The notes below the pieces were generated by a model. That model searched no databases. It was not told where the DNA came from and saw only the letters and a program-made list of their open reading frames with translations. Source: Macrostomum lignano (lineage: Eukaryota). Taken from it: 53,940 nucleotides of DNA. Shown piece by piece: positions 1 to 12,714 of this stretch (its first letter is position 1; each line of letters opens with the position of its first letter). The position numbers and the translations under genes were made by a program. The stretch lies in NCBI GenBank assembly GCA_002269645.1, contig NIVC01004232.1, positions 1 to 53,940 of the forward strand, read 5' to 3'.

Positions 1-3000
1 CACCGACTCGCCTTAATTAGGGCAGTCAATGAGCCGCCGGGTACCTGGGGTGCAAAACAAAAGTTCAATTTTAATCATGTGCCGCAAAGTGGAGAGCTCG
101 CAACGGTAAAGACTGTCCTAAGTTTAGGGCAGAGCAGCTCAGCGGTAAACACGTCCAACTCTCGCCGCACGAAGCCCTGTTCGATTCCTGGAAGTCAGAG
201 CCGCTGTGCACCCTGTGTGAGCGAGTGCACGAGTGCGTGCCTGCGCACAGTATTGGCGCGCTTGTGTGTCCTCAAGAGTCAGCGGAATGGGGCAGAATTG
301 CCGTCAGCGCGCCTCAGTTGCCAGTTGCCTCAATTGCTACAGGCATATTAGTAGCAAATTGTCGGTAGCAAAATGAAGTGACACATTTTGGCTCTAGAAA
401 GCTCCCATCCAGATGGAATGTATTTTAACCAACGAATGCGCTCCAACTAGCAAAAGCTGAAGACACGACCCCAACCTCAACCAATGAAAAACAGCTATGT
501 ACCATCCAACGCGATCAAGACTGAAAAGTACTATAAAAGCTCATGTTAACTAAGCAAGAAGCTCGCCTGGCCTCGCCTCTCTTCCGCCTCTCTTTTCCTT
601 CCTCGCCATTCTAGCTTACCTCCTTTGACTACTTTTGATTGACACTGCTAGGGTCTCAACCCAAACACTAAAACTGATAATTGACTCACTAAAACTAAAA
701 CAACAACCAACCCACGTTCCACAATAGACTTCCACAATAGGTTCACCCGAACACTTAGAAACCCCTTGGAACTCGAACAAAACGAGCTTCTTATTTGGAA
801 TTCCATCTTAGACATTATATTTTGTAAGATAACATCTCGAGATTGTGACCATCAAATACAACGGTCTGTAAGTTACCATCAAGTGTTTGCATCATCAGGA
901 AAGTCAATTGAATCCGTCGCCTCAGTTATTTGGCTCTCAAATTGATATTTGAAATAGACATAGAGCCATAGAAGTGAGAGACCAGAAGAACGAGAACATA
1001 TATTTTAAAATATTTCAAAAACTTTTATCATTTCGTAAGACGAGAGAGAAACCCGGTTAGGGAGGTAGCAAAAAAATAAACTTTTGAAATAAACTACATG
1101 TAGGTTTTTGACCTTGTACAGTCGCCATAGTCGTCATGGTTTAATTCTCTAAGATGGTCTTCCCGCTACGTAAGCCTCTGATATGGCGTCAATATCTATT
1201 ATTTTTCAAAACAAAAGTTTTTCGCAAGTGCTATTCAAGTATAACTGAAGGTTTATTCCATATATATACCGTACTCAGCAACGTTGAAAACCGCCATTCT
1301 AGACCCGGTGCGCCTGAGAGGGGTTGGAAAATCTTGCGTCACTTGTAGTGTAGCGAGCTGAAGTCAGTCCAGCATTCGGTCATTTGGGACTACTTCATAG
1401 GACGCTACACTCGAAATCGTGCAAATTTGATTGGAGGCCAGTTTTCGTTGCAAACTTACGGAACGCCACGAAGTGTGACAATTTTTAAATGATTCATTTT
1501 TGTTAATCTCATTTACCTATTAAACCTTAACAAGTGCAATCATAATCAGCACCGCGCTCTCACCTGTTCCATGAAGATCTTGACAACGCCAGCTCGGACA
1601 CGGAGCCCAGCAGGCCAACAATATTCCGGTGGTGCAGCCGGCTCTGAAGTCGGATCTCCTCGTGCAGAGCCTGCACATGGGCACCCGGTCCTCAGAGATC
1701 TCCTTCACGGCGATCTTCATCTGCAGAGCGGCAAAGTTGTTTGCGGAAATTTAGTCGTCTTTATTTATTAGCGATCAACACGCGCACGCACATAGACACA
1801 GAGTCTTCCAAAAATGAGTTGTTGCATCATTGAATCACACCAGCTACTCATGTGCAAAGCAATGAAACTGCACAGTACAATACAAATCATCCATGCGACA
1901 CTAAACTAGCTCTTAAGGCTTGTCACACCGCCATCAAATACGGCCAAATTTTGTGTGATTACTTTGTACATTGGTCGTGTGACTCAGTGACTCATTTGAG
2001 GGCAAAGTGTATTGAGCCTTTAAAAACATCTTAAATATCACACAGAGATTGGCCTTCTTGAACTTTAGGTACGTAAAATACTTCCAATTTTTTTTTTGAA
2101 ACTTTCGCCAGAGTCTTAGAGTCTTAGAATTTTCCCTAGGACCCCCCCCCCTCAGTCTCCGAATTTATCTATCTAATCTTCAATAGACCTCCATGCTCTA
2201 CTGAAGTTTAGGTATGTAAAATAAATCCCATGAAGATTCTCCCCACCCTAACACCCCCATTCCCCATGCCTCGGTTGTTGGTAGTTGTCAGCCCCCCCTT
2301 GAGACTTGCCCCCCCCCCTGAGTCTCCGAATTTATCTACCTAATCTTCAATAGACCCCTATACCTCTATTGAAGTTTAGGTACGTAAATCGATCCCCATG
2401 AAGATTCTCCCCACCCTAAACCCCCCCATTCCCATGCCCAGTGGTTGGCTTTAAGCTACAAAAAATGAAGCTCAAATTTGAAATCAGCACCATCAAAAAC
2501 CCCTATAGAGAGAAAATTATGATCCTATTGAAATTGCAACTATTTTATCTACCTAAAGTTCAAGAAGGCCCTAAGCTGAGACTTGTCGACAGCACCAACC
2601 TGTCGCTTCAGTTCGATGGCGCTGTACACAATTCCGAATGAGCCGCGGCCGAGCTCCCGCCTCTGTCCGGACGGCGTCAACTCGTAGTCGAAATTCAACA
2701 CCGGCTCGAAGCCGCCGCTCCGCAGGCCGGGCTCGGCGCCGCGCGCCACCCGGGCAGGTGGGCGGCTACGGCAGCGTAGAAGGCGGAGCGCGCCGGCCGG
2801 TTTGGAAAACAGCAGGCGCAGATCGTCGCACAGAGTGAAAACGAAGGCGGCCCGGCGATGGCGCTGGGCCAGGCAGACCTGGCGCACCTGGTCCTCCGAC
2901 AGGTTTAGGCGGAACTGGCCGCCGGACTTCGCGTCGACATCGCTGCTTGATTCAGTCGCAACTTCTATGGATTCACTGACGCCATGGACGACAGCCAGCC

Positions 3001-6000
3001 TCTGCGGACTGCGATTTGGGGATGTTTTATCGCGTTCGAGATGCTTCTGGCTAAACAGTTGCACTAGAAATGAGCTTCTCGGTGGCCATTGTAGCTTTAT
3101 TGTTTTTTTACGAAGAGCTACCTTTTCCTGAACCTGAGTTACAAGCCTCATTAGCGATAGCCATTCAATTGGCTTCCGGTATCCATTTGAACATATTAAT
3201 AATGAAGCCGGAGGCAACTGTGTCAAACTGGGTATTGTTTCTCAAATCATTGTTTTATGAGCGTCTATGATTCAACCTTAAATAACAAAATACAATAGAT
3301 AAGTTCTATGTAGGCTAACTTAATTCACTTCTTGCACGAGTGCAAAATCCAAGAATAGCTCCCTCAACACTCGTTCAACACTGGGTTCGTAAATAAACGG
3401 AATTAGAGTGGCTTACATGTACGATTGCGAATTCGAACTTAAATCTGCGTTCATAGAGAGTTCAGTTAAAATCCACCTGGCTTTGTCTCATTCAGCCCAG
3501 GCCAGTGCGATTAATAAAATATGAAAGATATTGGTTCCATTCCGTTGTGTTAAGTTAGCATAAAATCTCTATTTATTCCTAATTATCCCACAGACTGCTA
3601 GAAATATTGCTTAACATGTTTGCAGGTTCGGCACAAAATGGCCTGACCCGCTGGCTCTCAACAGAGTACGGAGGTAGTTGAGGCCGAGTAGTTCAGCCGT
3701 AACGCGCCGGACTCTTGCGGTCACAATAATTTGGGATCCGTACGGGGAAATTTGGCTCGAGGCTTTTTGTGTGATTCATGCCGCGAAGGCCAAGGCACAG
3801 AGTGTGTACCTGCACAGGCTGATTAATTCCCGCGAAGGCCAAGGCACAGAGTGTGTATGCACAGGCTGATTAATTCCCGCGAAGGCCAAGGCACAGTGTG
3901 TACCTGCACAGGCTGATTAATTCCCGCGAAGGCCAAGGCACAGAGTGTGTACCTGCACAGGCTGATTAATTCCCGCGAAGGCCAAGGCACAGAGTGTGTA
4001 CCTGCACAGGCTGATTAATTCCCGCGAAGGCCAAGGCACAGAGTGTGTACCTGCACAGGCTGATTAATTCCCGCGAAGGCCAAGGCATAGAGTGTGTACC
4101 TGCACAGGCTGATTAATTCCCGCGAAGGCCAAGGCACAGAGTGTGTACCTGCACAGGCTGATTAATGCTCGTGAGGGCCAAGGCACAGAGTGCGTTATCT
4201 GTGCATGCCACATGTGAAATCAGAGTCTGCGTACCTATCCGTGTGCGTGTGCATGCTCACAGGTCTTTGTAGCGGCATGACTGCTTGCCTCCTGTCTGAC
4301 TAACTGAAACTCACCAGAACTCGCACCGGCCACTCGTCCGACTCAGTCTCGGCTAGCAGGGCCAGAAACTCCGCAGTGGGCGCAGCTTCCAACTCCACCA
4401 GAGACTCTTCTCTCAGCTTCATCGTCGAGGCTGGGCGAGTCGGCCGCCATCTCCCGGAAATAGTCGAGCCAGAAGGTGAACAGCCGCGTCGGCTTGGGCT
4501 GTCGGAAGCGGTGAATCAGGGCCACCTTGTCCAGGGTGAGTCGCAGGTGCCACAGCGGCGGCTCCAGACGGTGCATACAGGCGGCGGCCTGGCAGGCCTT
4601 CGGATAGTTCTCCGTCAGCACGCTGACTTCAAAGAAGGACGCCACTAGCCAGTAGTCGGTGAGTGTCTCTACAGAGCCGCGGCGTCCCAGCATCCCGTTA
4701 ATTACCATGGCAACGTGCTGCAGTTCCTGGCTTTCGCCTTCGCCAGCGGCTAGCAGCATTGTGGCCAGGTTGATTCCTGAGAATTCGTTTGGCTGGGCCT
4801 GGAACGCCTGTCTGTACCTGCAGGGAGAAGATCAGCTTGTGCCAGATACGTGATAAACATTCTGTTCCTATCATACTTAAGAGTCAAAAGACCACTGGAG
4901 TTCAAGAGGTCAAGCTAGATAGATATAGGAAATTCGGATTTTTCGACACAAAATCCGGGACTGTGCGAGTCTTAAAAATTAAATATTCTCTCGCATATTA
5001 AATTATATTAAAGTCAAACAGACAAAGGACGCCTGAAGCCCCTGGACTTAAGTTTCGCCCCTTCGCAAAAATCCTATTGTTTAAAAAACTCAGTAGAAAA
5101 GCGTTTATGTTTATTGAAATTTGTTTTATAGAACTTATGCTGGATTTGACATCGTTTGTTGGATCTGGAGTAAATTTAGGATCTTTGGTAGGATACGAGC
5201 TATCGGATGTCTTCCTGTCTTATTAAACCCAATTTAGTTTTTTAATCGTTTCTAATCCAAGTGGTTTGGCGGTCCACTAGCCAAAACGCACCAGTGCAGC
5301 GACAAGCTGAGAGTTTCCTTGTCCTGGCAGTCCGAATCGGTGAAGAGGTCTTTGTAAATGCGGCCCAGCAGCGCCAACAGAGAGGGCACCGGGCGGTCGG
5401 CAGCTTCCAGAGCCGCGCTGGCTACTTGAAGCGCCCGCTGGCGATCGCCAGGTAGATTGCGACGGTTGAGAGCGAATGCGTAATAGTACTGGACCCCCTC
5501 GCTGCTGTTGTACTGCTCGCCAACGTGCTCAATAAGCGTCACCATGCCCGAGTAGTCTTGCGCCTTTCTGCGTAATCCGGTTTTATCAAACTCATTCAAA
5601 TAATAATCATGAAAATATTGTTGAGCTTCGATTTTCTTTTGCTAAGGATAGATTATTCGAACCTGTAAGCCAGCAGGGTGGTCAGCAGCACCTCCGTGGA
5701 AAGCAGATCCGGGTCGTCCAGACGTTCTCTCATTCCGGCCAGCCGGGCTCTCAGCTCGCCGGGCCTCATGCGCTGATTAAGAGCGGCTCGCACCTCCGCC
5801 AGGTAAGCAGCCTGGCGTCTGGAGGGAAGCGATGCAGCAGCAATGGTGGAGAGGGGAGACTTCCAGCGGAGGATTAGGAAGAGCAGATGAGGATCAAGAA
5901 GAGCAGATGAGGACCAAGAAGAGCAGATGAGGATCAGGAAGAGCAGATGAGGACCAAGAAGAGCAGATGAGGACCAAGAAGAGCAGATGAGGACCAGGAA

Positions 6001-8472
6001 GAGCAGATGAGGATCAGGAAGAGCAGATGAGGACCAAGAAGAGCAGATGAGGACCAGGAAGAGCAGATGAGGATCAGGAAGAGCAGATGAGGACCAGGAA
6101 GAGCAGATGAGGATCAGGAAGAGCAGATGAGGATCAGGAAGAGCAGATGAGGATCAGGAAGAGCAGATGAGGATTAGAAAGAGCAGTAGATGATCAGAAA
6201 GAGCAGTAGATGATCAGAAAGAGCAGTAGATGTTCAGGAAGGGCAGTAGATGATCAGGAAGAGCAGTAGATGACCAGAAAGAGCAACAGATGATCAGGAA
6301 GAGCAGCGGATGATCAGATAAGGCGAGTAGGACTCGAACCTGGCCAAGGCGGACCGTCGCTGCTCCTTCACCAGCCGTTTCAATCGGCCGTAGAGCCGAC
6401 CGCCGCCGCCGCCGGCGCCATCAGGCAGGACAATGCAGTGCCGCCGACCGCTCGGCCCCGTGCCAACCGAGCCAGTCGGGCTCGCGGCGGCCACGGTGTA
6501 GGCTACGAGACGGTCAGACTCAGACAGCATCGACTGTTTGACAGAAGGGATCATCGAGGTAGAAATTAGGAGAAGAGGACGATAAATCTTAGAACGCCAG
6601 GAGCTCGCTCAATGCACTATTACGTACAGCAATAAAGATTTGCTTAAGTGCGAATGCAGCGCTGAACTTAAAAATGTTCAAAAACTGCTAGCAAAATTTG
6701 TAGATCGAAATTTCCATATAAATTTTCGAATTTACTATGCCAGCATTGTGGGAGCTGTCACTCCCGAAACCGGAAATTTCATAAATCTGTAAATTTCGTT
6801 ACAACAAAATTGCCCCCACTTTGCATAATTCTGTCCATTCCGCTCACTCCCAGGCACATGCAAGCGCGCCAATGCTGTACGCAGACACGAACTCATGCAA
6901 ACGCTCACACAGGGTGTACAGCGGCCATTTGAATTTCGGATCGTCAGGCATGTACACTCTGTGTACCTTAGAGATTGGCGCTCATGGGTGTGAATCGCAA
7001 CATGTACCAACCGGCTAATTTTCGCGCACGGAATCGGTCAGACGCGCACGTTTAGCACTGAGCTGCCAGCTAATTCTGCACTCACCCGCACAGACTCCGT
7101 GTCCTCAGCGCCTGAGTGCCAAAGCAGAGCCACATTGCCAAGCAGTCCCATGCTGGTGCGAACCTTCATCTGGTGCAGCAGGGTTAACCGCTGTGCCTGC
7201 CCAATGGGACATAATCAGGAGGACGGAAAAGCAAGAAGTGACACTGCGCGTGCAATCTAAGGCAGTACATGGTTACAGACGATTAAGCAAAACCACGGAC
7301 CAGATTAATTGCTTCCGGGTTTATATTGTCAAGGAAAATGCAAGAGTACATGTAGTAATCACCTGCGTGTTATTATCTTACGTTTGATAAATTAGAAAAG
7401 CAAACACAGGAGTAACCAAGGTTAAAAATAGGAAATGAAGTTACGAAGTTAAGAGATCAGCGGAATTACTTTAAAAATTCAAACGTGTTTCAGCTGCTAC
7501 AAGCTGTTATAATAGTGCGTTTGCATGAAATCTGATGCATGCATATTCACTGCAGAGTGATCATTAGTGCTAGCATTAACCCTTAGAACTCGCTACATTC
7601 TTGACAGGGACTGAAGCACCTTCAGTACCTTGATAGTCATGTCCACAATGGCCACATCGGAATTGAAGAAATCCTGCAGCGCCTTCGTGCTACCATACTC
7701 AAGATGACTGTACTCAACCTTTCGGCAGGTGAGGCCAAGCCTGCAGAATGCAAATCATTATAAAATGCGAGGATTTTTGGAGCCAAGTTTATTGTTTCAA
7801 GCTGAAACTTGCGACCCTATAAAAGGTAGCTATTTGTTTACAGTATATCGATTGCAGAAATTACAGATACAAATGCATCAATTTTGCATGCCATCTATGT
7901 TTAGTGTCATAGCGTGTGTTATGAAAAAACAACTTTCATTTCGGCATCCTTAATTTGGACCCCACGGATGCCAAATTGGTTGCCTGTTTTCTGATCCGGA
8001 TGCCCATTAATATAAGTTCAGTATTTTCGCAACTTCAGTGGGGTCAGCAATGTACAGGGTAGGGTAGAGATGTTGGCATTTTTTATTTTAAAATTTTCTG
8101 GCCGATGTCAGCTGGCATACGGGTTTTCAATTCGGTATGCGGAATTTGATGCTGACGCTTGCACATAGCAGTAAATACATACATGGTACTTATTTTTTGC
8201 CTGGAAGCTCTTTGGTTGATAAAATGTTCGAGTGAATACTCGTTAGGGTTTCTTATTAAACCCCAGCATGCCATAGTTAGAAGCATTAGACAATAGTTAG
8301 GCAGCAGATTAGACACAGCAAATAGGCCCGAGATTAACACAGCGCGCACCAACCTGCTGCATATCAGCTGCACATCGGCCAAGGCCGTTCGCATGGCCAA
8401 CTGCAACCTGTCGCCATCGCCAACCGTCTGCTTCTGCTGGGTAACCACGCAAACCGTTTGCAGCAGCTCCAT
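1..8472 (-). CDS. MAP3K5: ASK1/MAP3K5-family MAP kinase kinase kinase, 10 exons in window, 3' partial, 3 apparent frameshifts
   Basis: Exons with consistent splice phases: 8472-8354, 7740-7629, 7196-7086, 6533-6340, 5818-5663, 5567-5292, 4817-4315, 3046-2600, 1720-1564, 44-<1. ASK motifs: FFNSDVAIVDMT, YAFALNRRNLPGDR, LGRIYKD, SGINLATMLLAAG, FWLDYF, FDYE..GQRRELGRGSFGIVY, KIAVKEI, LHEEI, KIFMEQ|VPGGSL. A similar paralogue (MAP3K15-type) cannot be excluded. Confidence 0.93.
120..350 (+). repeat. Dispersed intronic repeat, copy 1
   Basis: 200-300 aligns with the reverse complement of 6821-6925; also similar to 3690-3720 and 4215-4255. Confidence 0.7.
2142..2438. repeat. Direct duplication of about 130 bp in ASK intron
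   Basis: 2142-2270 and 2309-2438 share agtctccgaatttatcta...gaagtttaggta...catgaagattctccccacccta. Confidence 0.85.
3776..4195 (+). repeat. 49-bp minisatellite (about 8.5 copies) inside copy 2 of the intronic repeat
   Basis: Unit gattaattcccgcgaaggccaaggcacagagtgtgtacctgcacaggct, with two 47-bp variants. Confidence 0.95.
5870..6310 (+). repeat. 20-bp minisatellite in ASK intron
   Basis: About 22 copies of gagcagatgaggatcaggaa. Confidence 0.95.
6790..7075 (-). repeat. Dispersed intronic repeat, copy 3 (inverted relative to copies 1 and 2)
   Basis: Reverse complement matches 120-300 and contains a single relative (aaggtacacagagtgtacatgc) of the 49-bp unit. Confidence 0.7.
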
Positions 8473-9233
8473 CTAGCTCGGATCGAGAGCAATCGAGTGG
8501 CGCTACCGGCACGTCAGTCAGACGGAAGCATGATTTTGATAGACAAATGCAGTGTCTAATCATCGGCTTACTTTTTTAAAGATCTATCGGCCTATCGATG
8601 ACCTACTGGTGGTTAGAATTTAATCAAGACGTTTTTGGAAATGTCGCTTAACCCATAAAAAACACTACTGAGATACTGAGATATGAGACTTACTTATTTT
8701 CTCAACACAAAAATACGAGCCCGTAGCAACAGTTCTTAAAGAAAGCCTTAAAATCTTTTCTACGTAATGTCCCTGAAATTAATTAGCAACGAGATGCAAT
8801 TCTGATTACGGGGGCACGTTAACACAGGTCCTGAGCTGGCTAAAACTTTGAAAACTAACACTAACCTTGGGACCGGACTGCTGGCTGGACCTAGTCCACA
8901 TAATTAATAGCACTTCTGGGACAGTCGGATAAAATCAAATAAGCCATAAACAAGGTAACACGAAAAAACTTTTTTTTTCACTTCAATTCACGAAAGACTC
9001 GCGAAGCCCTCGTCTATTTTCGGGCAGATTTTTCATTATTTCCCAAAGAAAAACTCAGGGAAAATTTTAGAAAAAGGGCAGAACGCGCAAGAAACGCCAG
9101 TCGCTAAACTTTGCTTACTATTTTTTGTTTCAGTGAATTTTTCTCTTTTTTATACTCGTATCAGAATGCGATTTTGCAACTTTTTCATATGGTCTCCCCG
9201 CGTGAAGAACTAGCTGCAGAGCACACGCAGAGC

Positions 9234-10010
9234 CTAGCCAATCAGAAAGCAGTCGCCAATAGCCAACACAGTTGGCGACTCGTCTGGGATCAGCTGTTGC
9301 AATCGTTGAACACTGCTGGAACTGGCGTGGCCAAACTGCTGCTGCTGCTGTTCCGGCTGTACTGGGCGATGCCGCTGAGTTCCGGACAGCCGGCGCACGT
9401 AGCTGGCATCCGACTCCAGCTGGGCCAATAAAGCACGCAGCTTGCTAACCCGTCGGCGAGCTTTAATCTGAGCTATAGTGTTAGCCAGATAGGCCGCCGT
9501 CTCTGTTAGTATCTTGCGGTGCGTGGCCCGCTTAATGCCCTGCAGATTCGGCACGGCCGTCTGCAGCTTCCCATAAAGATCGATGAAGCGCTCTCGCCTG
9601 ACGCGCTCGCGATGATGCGAATAGGTCCGGTTGCTACCCGAGCCGCGGCTCGATTGGCGGCCGGCGCTGTTCTGCTGATTAGCGTCGTTTCCTCGAGCTC
9701 GTCCGGCGCCGTTTCGACGCCGCTGACGCCCGCAGCCGTTGGCGGCGGCTGCTGCCGCGGCGGCGGCCGCGAAAATCTCCGGATCGTTGACAAACTCGAT
9801 GCCGTCGTCGATGCGACCGCTGGTGCCAAGGAAAGCAGCGGCCGCGGCAGCCGCTTCAGCCTCGTTGCCGGCCGCAGCGACGTCCAGTTGGAATTCTTCA
9901 TCGTCGTATTCTGCCTCGTCATCTTCCTCCTCTTCGGGGTCAGAGTTGTCGCGAGGGCAGGCCTCGGACGATGACACGGAGCAGGCGCCGCTGTCTGACG
10001 TCAGGCTCAT
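9234..10010 (-). CDS. Intronless bHLH-leucine-zipper transcription factor, Myc/Max-network-like (258 aa)
   Basis: Basic-HLH RTYSHHRERVRRERFIDLYGKLQTAVPNLQGIKRATHRKILTETAAYL resembles Max ([26 protein letters not shown]) and Myc; N-terminal acidic tract; short zipper RRRVSKLRALLAQL. Confidence 0.8.
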   Translation of the reverse strand: MSLTSDSGACSVSSSEACPRDNSDPEEEEDDEAEYDDEEFQLDVAAAGNEAEAAAAAAAFLGTSGRIDDGIEFVNDPEIFAAAAAAAAAANGCGRQRRRNGAGRARGNDANQQNSAGRQSSRGSGSNRTYSHHRERVRRERFIDLYGKLQTAVPNLQGIKRATHRKILTETAAYLANTIAQIKARRRVSKLRALLAQLESDASYVRRLSGTQRHRPVQPEQQQQQFGHASSSSVQRLQQLIPDESPTVLAIGDCFLIG

Positions 10011-10700
10011 CCTTCCACTTCTGTGGGCGGGGTGGCGTTAGTCAACTTTAACTAAAAACCGACAAAAAGTTGTATCCTAGAACGGGAATTCCCCAGCTAA
10101 GTTTAGTGGCTACCGAACAGAGGGACGAAAGCGTGTATAAATACGAGTATTCGATGACACAGGCTAGTTAGTTGGGCAACCCGCCGCCAGCGAGCAGGTC
10201 AAGCAGTCACGGCAGTCATCGTCGGAAAGTGTGAAAACGCTCCGCACCTTGGGAGTTGGCCCTCAATAGAGACGTGTGCGTGGTCAAGCCCAGGTAATTT
10301 GGTGCGAGAATCAGATACGTTGCCGCGGTTACATTTGGTCTCTTGTGCCGTAGTACTCCTGTCTTATGACTAAGCAAAAATGCACCAACTTGTTAGCCTA
10401 AACACTAATAATAAATGAAAAGACAAAAAATAAAAAATCAGCAACGATAAAATTGATAACTTGACAGAACAGTGACTGTTCGCTTTGCTTTCTGAGCACG
10501 GTATAATATAGGTGAAGACTAAAGTAATCGGCATAAATCTAATGAGCAAAGGTGCTTGAGTAAACATGCTACATTACTCAAGTAGAATACAACAATACCA
10601 AGCAAAAGCATTTTCATCAGAAATTCAAAACAGCATATGACAATCTGTTTGCTAAAAATGACAAGTAGCTCGTATCAGAAATATCCTTCAGTCCCCTCAG

Positions 10701-11471
10701 TCACTGCCGGGCATCGGGCGGCCTTTCCCCGCCGGGAGACTCCAGCCGACTCTCCAGCCGTTCAAACTCTTCTCGGCCCAATCGCTCCAAGTCGTCCTCG
10801 TCGTCAACAGATTCAACGGCTTCCACCTCGGGTACGTAGAACTGCAGCATGTTCTGCACGCCCATCTTGAGTGTCACCGTGCTGCTGGGGCAGGAGGTGC
10901 AGGCGCCCTGCAGCTTCAGCCGGACAACTCCGCGTTTGTAGCCACGAAAGAGAATGTCGCCACCGTCTTCTTGAACTGTTGGCCGGATGCGAGTGTCTAG
11001 GAGCTCCTTGATCATTGCCACGGTGTCGGCGTCTTCTGGTGACACGGGCTCCTCCGTCTCGCCCGCAGCTCCGGCCGCATTGCCGCCAGCACTGTCCGAC
11101 TCTTCAGCAATGACCGGCTGTCCGCTAGCGTAGAAGTCCATGATGGCAGCGAAGGCCTCGGCTTTGATGACTTTCCAATCAGCAGAGTCAGCTTTGGTCA
11201 CTGTAACAAATTCCGGGCCAAGGAAGACGCCAGAGACGCCCTGGACGCGAAACAGACGCCTGGCCAGGGGCGACGCCTGCGCTGCTGACCGGCTGGGAAA
11301 GTCGCGAGTTGAACCAGCCGGCAGCACCTCTTTGCCAGGCAACAGCTTCACGCTGTTAGGGTTCGGCGTGTCCTCAGTCTGGATGAACAACAGGCGGCGG
11401 CCCAATGCTGAGAGCCAGGGCTGGCAATTCTGGGCTCGCAGCAGGCATTGACTTGCACGAGATGACAGCAT
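10701..11471 (-). CDS. NFU1: Mitochondrial NFU1 iron-sulfur cluster scaffold, intronless
   Basis: Transit-peptide-like N-terminus, [44 protein letters not shown] (CxxC). True ATG at 11471. Confidence 0.97.
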   Translation of the reverse strand: MLSSRASQCLLRAQNCQPWLSALGRRLLFIQTEDTPNPNSVKLLPGKEVLPAGSTRDFPSRSAAQASPLARRLFRVQGVSGVFLGPEFVTVTKADSADWKVIKAEAFAAIMDFYASGQPVIAEESDSAGGNAAGAAGETEEPVSPEDADTVAMIKELLDTRIRPTVQEDGGDILFRGYKRGVVRLKLQGACTSCPSSTVTLKMGVQNMLQFYVPEVEAVESVDDEDDLERLGREEFERLESRLESPGGERPPDARQ

Positions 11472-12714
11472 GGTAGCGTTGCTTAGCACTGAAGTTGAGT
11501 CATAATGCTATCAATGTAGAAACCTGTTGGCTTAGGCCTTAAGCACAATTAGTATTTTTATAATATCTGTAGATTTTAGCTTTATGTTCAAGCTTAATAC
11601 TTACTAGTAATAAGCAAAGCTTTTGAATCTTAAAATAAGTTTGAAGGAGATTTAACAGCAGATAGTAGTCCACTTTTCTGAAGGGTTATTTTAAATTTCA
11701 TATAAAACTGCAGTGTGTATTCTCACTAGAATAAAAATAGTTCTATAAATAAAAGTCATTTGCCATTAGTGTAATTAAGAGCCTTATCTTTAATATAGGC
11801 TAAAGTGTTTAGGCCTACAAAAATATAGTTAGGGTTAATAAAAATAATAAATAGGAAAAATGGGTTTTACCTTTTTTAAATATACACAAGCAATTTTTAA
11901 ATATATTAATATATATACACATAACTTTTGTGTCTAAATGTATAAGTATATTATCTTTATATTAGCATTATATCAAAATGATATACTCCACTTATCTATA
12001 GATATTATATAAGAAATTTGTTTGTTGCAGGGCCTAGGATTTAATTTATACACCTTACCTTTAACCCCCTAGTCAATAATTAGGCCTATCTACATAAAGT
12101 ATTACTACTATTAACTACTATTAGTAACACAATGAGCACTTGCATAGAATTTTACCTTTTTATTCAATTTTAAAATATGAAAGCTACTATTTCTTCTATT
12201 TTAGTTACATAGTTTTAATGAAAAAGATAACATCTATATACTAAAAATGAATATGTCTGTGTGTAAATGACAGCCTAGAAGAAAAATGGCTAGATGGATT
12301 TTCACCTGACTCGAGCCAATGGATTGGAAATATTATGCAGAGTGTCAATGTGGGGTTTAAATGTTTAATTTCAATTAAGAAATTGGTGAAAATGTACAAA
12401 AACCTGTTTTTCCTATCTAATTAGTGTATTTTTCTTGCAGCTAGTGAGAGCTCAATATGTCTATGGCCACAGACTAAACTTCAATTTCTTGAGCTGATGC
12501 TACAAGCTATAAATAATTAAATATTTCTCACAGTGAGAGCTCAATAAAATAATAATATGTCTATGGCCATAGAATAAGCTTCAACTTATTTAGCTGATGC
12601 TACAAGCTATAAATAATTAAATATGAGGATTCAAAAATATTTTGCATAAGGGAAAGATATCAGCCAATGCATTTTGAAAGTATTGAAGTAGTGCGCCACA
12701 ATGTCTGAGGGATA

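Noticed and set aside
360-835. Possible solo LTR (TG...CA, tataaaag, pyrimidine tract)
   Set aside because: No second copy, PBS, PPT or convincing TSD could be identified.
9519-9974. 151-aa plus-strand ORF with hydrophobic stretches, and similar antisense ORFs over NFU1, Rab and APC5
   Set aside because: Expected shadows of GC-rich coding sequence; the opposite frame has the recognisable protein.
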